A DNA stretch of 64,000 nt from NCBI RefSeq assembly GCF_009914755.1, contig NC_060946.1; one strand, given 5' to 3'. Source of the stretch: the human T2T-CHM13v2.0 reference genome, Homo sapiens. Below, piece after piece: positions 57,160 through 64,000 of the stretch. Position numbers and translations under genes: made by a program. A model generated the notes under the pieces. That model did no database searches, was not told the DNA's origin, and saw only the letters and a program-made list of their open reading frames with translations. Position 1 is the stretch's first letter. Each line of letters starts with the position of its first letter.

Positions 57160-58725
57160 TTATATATGGTATATACTATATGTTATGGAATATGCTTTAT
57201 ATGTAATATATAACCTCATATATATTATATGTCATAATACATAATATTCATCCTATGTCATCTTATATATATTATGTATATTACATAACGTATATAATAT
57301 ATAATACATATTATGCATCTTAAATATGAAAATATATAATTATTGATAACATAACATATAGTTATATATAGTATGATATATAACGTATAAACTATATCAT
57401 ATGTGATATATAATATATATATTTTTATTACATATTATAATTTATATATATTATAATTTATATAAAGATATAATTATTTATGTAATATAAATAATTATAT
57501 ATAATTATATAATGAGGTATAATATAAATAATAATATATATGATTACATATTTATAGAGTTATATGTATAAAAATATAATTATATATATAATTATATATA
57601 TCATATAATAGACAACACACATATTATATAATGTATAATATATACTATACAATATATGATACATATATGATATTTAATATATCATAATAGAATATATATT
57701 TTAATATTATGTATGTAACATATATTATGTGATATATGGTATATATTATGTAATATAAAATAATATAATATAATATATATTATATTATGATATATTACGT
57801 AAAGTATGTAATAAAATTATATATAACATAATATATAGTTATGTATAATATAACATATAATTATATACATTATATTATATATGTACATATAATATTATAC
57901 AGTTATATAAAATTTTAAATAGTTACATATAATGTAGTATAAAACATATATAATATATATCATAAAATATATATTGTATACCATATATAATATGTATCAT
58001 ATATTGTGTGTTATATGTCATATATTGTATATCATATATCATATGTTATATGTTATATATATCACATTCCACATATTGTGTATTATAAATTATATATAAT
58101 ATATGACATACATTACATTATATTTGATAAATTATACATTATATGTAACATAGTATATATTATATGTAACATGTATATTCTATGGAAAATATATGATATA
58201 TAACTCATATTACATATAATTAATAACATAGACATATAATATATATTTAATGTATGTATTATACATACAACATATTATATATATAATATATAATATATAT
58301 TACATAAAAGTCATAAAATATAATATATAATATATGTCATATTTTACATATACAGTTATATATTATTATATGTTATTTTATCTTATATATAACATAGAAA
58401 CATTATATATTATATATAATGTATATTATATATAACATAGATATAATAGATATAATATATGTAATGTATATTATATATTTAATACGTATATTAACCATAT
58501 AATATATTCTATATATGAAATATAATATATCTTATATATGTCATAAAATATAACGCATATTATGTGTCATATTGTATAAATATAATGCTTATCTATTATC
58601 AATTATTGTATGACATATAATATATATAATATAAGACGCAGGATGTAAAACTATATTATGTATATGTTATATGTATTATATATACGATACTATATATTAT
58701 TATATACATAATGTATATTTATATT

Positions 58726-59291
58726 TGTGGGTGCCCTATTCCCCATCTGGTAACTTGTTGTAAGAAGCGCAGCGTAATAATGTGTGGGCTTGGGATTCTG
58801 TTTTTGAAACAAAACACTGAGCCTTCAATGACCTTTCGGTCTCTGTAAAAGCACTCCTGTCTTCCTGGCAGCTGTTGGACCTCACAATGTGGATTGTGCC
58901 CTCACCCTGCAATGCTGATGCCCTATCGCCATGGTGACGGGATTAGGGATCTCCTGCTCTTGGTCCTAAGGGCCACTGTCTGTGCTGTGTTTTCCAAAGG
59001 TCAGAACAGATTGAACCTTTGTGGTTTTATTTTCCCTGAGTTTGATTTTTCTCATGGGGAACCTGTGTTGCTGCTTTGAACGTATATTCATACTGGCCTT
59101 TCAAATGCCAACTCTTCATATTACTAGTTAATGCTTTCAAAATATGTTATTTAAAAAATTATCCTCTGTATTGTCCATATGCAGTTATAAATACGTTTCA
59201 TGGTTATGTTTTATTCCTCAGTTTACATATTTGATTATTGTACCAAGCAGAGTACCTTTGAAATGTTTTTCCATTTAAAAAATATGAACCT
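58726..59291. repeat. HSATI segment (type B)
   Basis: Repeat copy. Confidence 0.85.
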
Positions 59292-59583
<292 letters not shown>

Positions 59584-61145
59584 TTATATATGGTATATAC
59601 TATATGTTATGGAATATGCTTTATATGTAATATATAACCTCATATATATTATATGTCATAATACATAATATTCATCCTATGTCATCTTATATATATTATG
59701 TATATTACATAACGTATATAATACATAATACATATTATGCATCTTAAATATGAAAATATATAATTATTGATAACATAACATATAGTTATATATAGTATGA
59801 TATATAACGTATATACTATATCATATGTGATATATAATATATATATTTTTATTACATATTATAATTTATATATATTATAATTTATATAAAGATATAATTA
59901 TTTATGTAATATAAATAATTATATATAATTATATAATGAGGTATAATATAAATAATAATATATATGATTACATATTTATAGAGTTATATGTATAAAAATA
60001 TAATTATATATATAATTATATATATCATATAATAGACAACACACATATTATATAATGTATAATATATACTATACAATATATGATACATATATGATATTTA
60101 ATATATCATAATAGAATATATATTTTAATATTATGTATGTAACATATATTATGTGATATATAGTATATATTATGTAATATAAAATAATATAATATAATAT
60201 ATATTATATTATGATATATTACGTAAAGTATGTAATAAAATTATATATAACATAATATATAGTTATGTATAATATAACATATAATTATATACATTATATT
60301 ATATATGTACATATAATATTATACAGTTATATAAAATTTTAAATAGTTACATATAATGTAGTATAAAACATATATAATATATATCATAAAATATATATTG
60401 TATACCATATATAATATGTATCATATATTGTGTGTTATATGTCATATATTGTATATCATATATCATATGTTATATGTTATATATATCACATTCCACATAT
60501 TGTGTATTATAAATTATATATAATATATGACATACATTACATTATATTTGATAAATTATACATTATATGTAACATAGTATATATTATATGTAACATGTAT
60601 ATTCTATGGAAAATATATGATATATAACACATATTACATATAATTAATAACATAGACATATAATATATATTTAATGTATGTATTATACATACAACATATT
60701 ATATATATCATATATAATATATATTACATAGAAGTCATAAAATATAATATATTATATGTCATATTTTACATATACAGTTATATATTATTATATGTTATTT
60801 TATCTTATATATAACATAGAAACATTATATATTATATATAATGTATATTATATATAACATAGATATAATAGATATAATATATGTAATGTATATTATATAT
60901 TTAATACGTATATTAACCATATAATATATTCTATATATGAAATATAATATATCTTATATATGTCATAAAATATAACGCATATTGTGTCATATTGTATAAA
61001 TATAATGCTTATCTATTATCAATTATTGTATGACATATAATATATATAATATAAGACGCAGGATGTAAAACAATATTATATATATGTTATATGTATTATA
61101 TATACGATACTATATATTATTATATACATAATGTATATTTATATT

Positions 61146-61711
61146 TGTGGGTGCCCTATTCCCCATCTGGTAACTTGTTGTAAGAAGCGCAGCGTAATAA
61201 TGTGTGGGCTTGGGATTCTGTTTTTGAAACAAAACACTGAGCCTTCAATGACCTTTCGGTCTCTGTAAAAGCACTCCTGTCTTCCTGGCAGCTGTTGGAC
61301 CTCACAATGTGGATTGTGCCCTCACCCTGCAATGCTGATGCCCTATCGCCATGGTGACGGGATTAGGGATCTCCTGCTCTTGGTCCTAAGGGCCACTGTC
61401 TGTGCTGTGTTTTGCAAAGGTCAGAACAGATTGAACCTTTGTGGTTTTATTTTCCCTGAGTTTGATTTTTCTCATGGGGAACCTGTGTTGCTGCTTTGAA
61501 CGTATATTCATACTGGCCTTTCAAATGCCAACTCTTCATATTACTAGTTAATGCTTTCAAAATATGTTATTTAAAAAATTATCCTCTGTATTGTCCATAT
61601 GCAGTTATAAATACGTTTCATGGTTATGTTTTATTCCTCAGTTTACATATTTGATTATTGTACCAAGCAGAGTACCTTTGAAATGTTTTTCCATTTAAAA
61701 AATATGAATCT
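61146..61711. repeat. HSATI segment (type B)
   Basis: Repeat copy. Confidence 0.85.
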
Positions 61712-62003
<292 letters not shown>

Positions 62004-63567
62004 TTATATATGGTATATACTATATGTTATGGAATATGCTTTATATGTAATATATAACCTCATATATATTATATGTCATAATACATAATATTTATCCTAT
62101 GTCATCTTATATATATTATGTATATTACATAACGTATATAATATATAATACATATTATGCATCTTAAATATGAAAAAATGTAATTATTTATAACATAACA
62201 TATAGTTATATATAATATGATATATAACGTATATACTATATCATATGTGATATATAATATATATATTTTTATTACATATTATAATTTATATATATTATAA
62301 TTTATATAAAGATATAATTATTTATGTAATATAAATAATTATATATAATTATATAATGAGGTATAATATAAATAATAATCTATACGATTACATATTTATG
62401 TAGTTATCTGTATAAAAATATAATTATATATATAATTATATATATCATATAATAGACAACATACATATTATATAATGTATAATATATATTATACAATATA
62501 TGATACATATATGATATTTAATATATCATAATAGAATATATATTTTAATATTATGTATGTAACATATATTATGTGATATATAATATATATTACGTAATAT
62601 AAAATAATACAATATAATATATATTATATTATGATATATTATGTAAAGTATGTAATAAAATTACATATAACATAATATATAGTTATGTATAATATAACGT
62701 ATAATTATATACGTTATATTTTATATGTACATATAATATTATACAGTTATATATAATTTTGAATAGTTACATATAATGTAATAAAAAACATATATAATAT
62801 ATATCATAAAATATATATTTTATACCATATATAATATGTATCATATATTGTGTGTTATATGTCATATATTGTATATCATATATCGTATGTTATATGTTAT
62901 ATATATCACATTCCACATATTGTGTATTATAAATTATATATAATATATGACATACATTACATTATATTTGATAAATTATACATTATATGTAACATAGTAT
63001 ATATTATATGTAACATGTATATTCCATGGAAAATATATAATATATAACATATATTACATATAATTAATGACATAGACATATAATATATATTTAATATATG
63101 TATTCTACATACAACATATTGTATATAATATATAACATATATTACATAAAAGTCATAAAATATAATATATATTGTATGTCATATTTTACATTTACAGTTA
63201 TATATTATTATATGTTATTTTATCTCATATATAACATAGAAACAATATATATTATATATAATGTATATTATATATAACATAGATATAATAGATATAATAT
63301 ATGTAATGTATATTATATATTTAATACGTATATTAACCATATAATATATTCTATATATGAAATATAATATATCTTATATATGTCATAAAATATAACGTAT
63401 ATTATGTGTCATATTGTATAAATAGAATGCTTATCTATTATCAATTATTATATGACATATAATATATATAATATAAGACGCAGGATGTAAAACAATATTA
63501 TATATATGTTATATGTATTATATATACGATACTATATATTATTATATACATAATGTATATTTATATT

Positions 63568-64000
63568 TGTGGGTGCCCTATTCCCCATCTGATAACTTGT
63601 TGTAAGAAGCGCAGCGTAATAATGTGTGGGCTTGGGATTCTGTTTTTGAAACAAAACACTGAGCCTTCAATGACCTTTCGGTCTCTGTAAAAGCACTCCT
63701 GTCTTCCTGGCAGCTGTTGGACCTCACAAGGTGGATTGTGCCCTCACCCTGCAATGTTGATGCCCTGTCGCCATGGTGACGGGATTAGGGATCTCCTGCT
63801 CTTGGTCCTAAGGGCCACTGTCTGTGCTGTGTTTTCCAAAGGTCAGAACAGATTGAACCTTTGTGGTTTTATTTTCCCTGAGTTTGATTTTTCTCATGGG
63901 GAACCTGTGTTGCTGCTTTGAACGTATATTCATACTGGCCTTTCAAATGCCAACTCTTCATATTACTAGTTAATGCTTTCAAAATATGTTATTTAAAAAA
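63568..64000. repeat. HSATI segment (type A), cut by window end
   Basis: Repeat copy with ctgataac / aatgttga variants. Confidence 0.85.

Overview
The whole 64 kb window is one head-to-tail tandem array of a ~2.42 kb composite monomer that I recognise as human DYZ2 / HSat1B satellite, most likely from Yq12 heterochromatin (related HSat1B also occurs on acrocentric short arms). On the + strand each monomer reads: ~1.56 kb extremely AT-rich simple repeat, ~565 bp HSATI segment, then a ~292 bp diverged, 5'-truncated sense Alu with an internal 16-bp duplication. There are 27 AT blocks, 26 HSATI segments (last cut by the window end), 25 near-full Alus and 1 partial Alu. I find no credible protein-coding or RNA gene; all listed ORFs are chance frames copied with the repeat. 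I found no new gene system. The notable structure lies in the array itself: one monomer with a ~874 bp deletion (junction ~3805), sequence-type domains (A 1-31.1 kb, B1 31.1-45.3 kb, B2 45.3-61.7 kb, A again to the end) with switch points inside monomers, and rare variants shared between non-adjacent monomers. All variant calls were made by eye and coordinates are approximate to a few bp.
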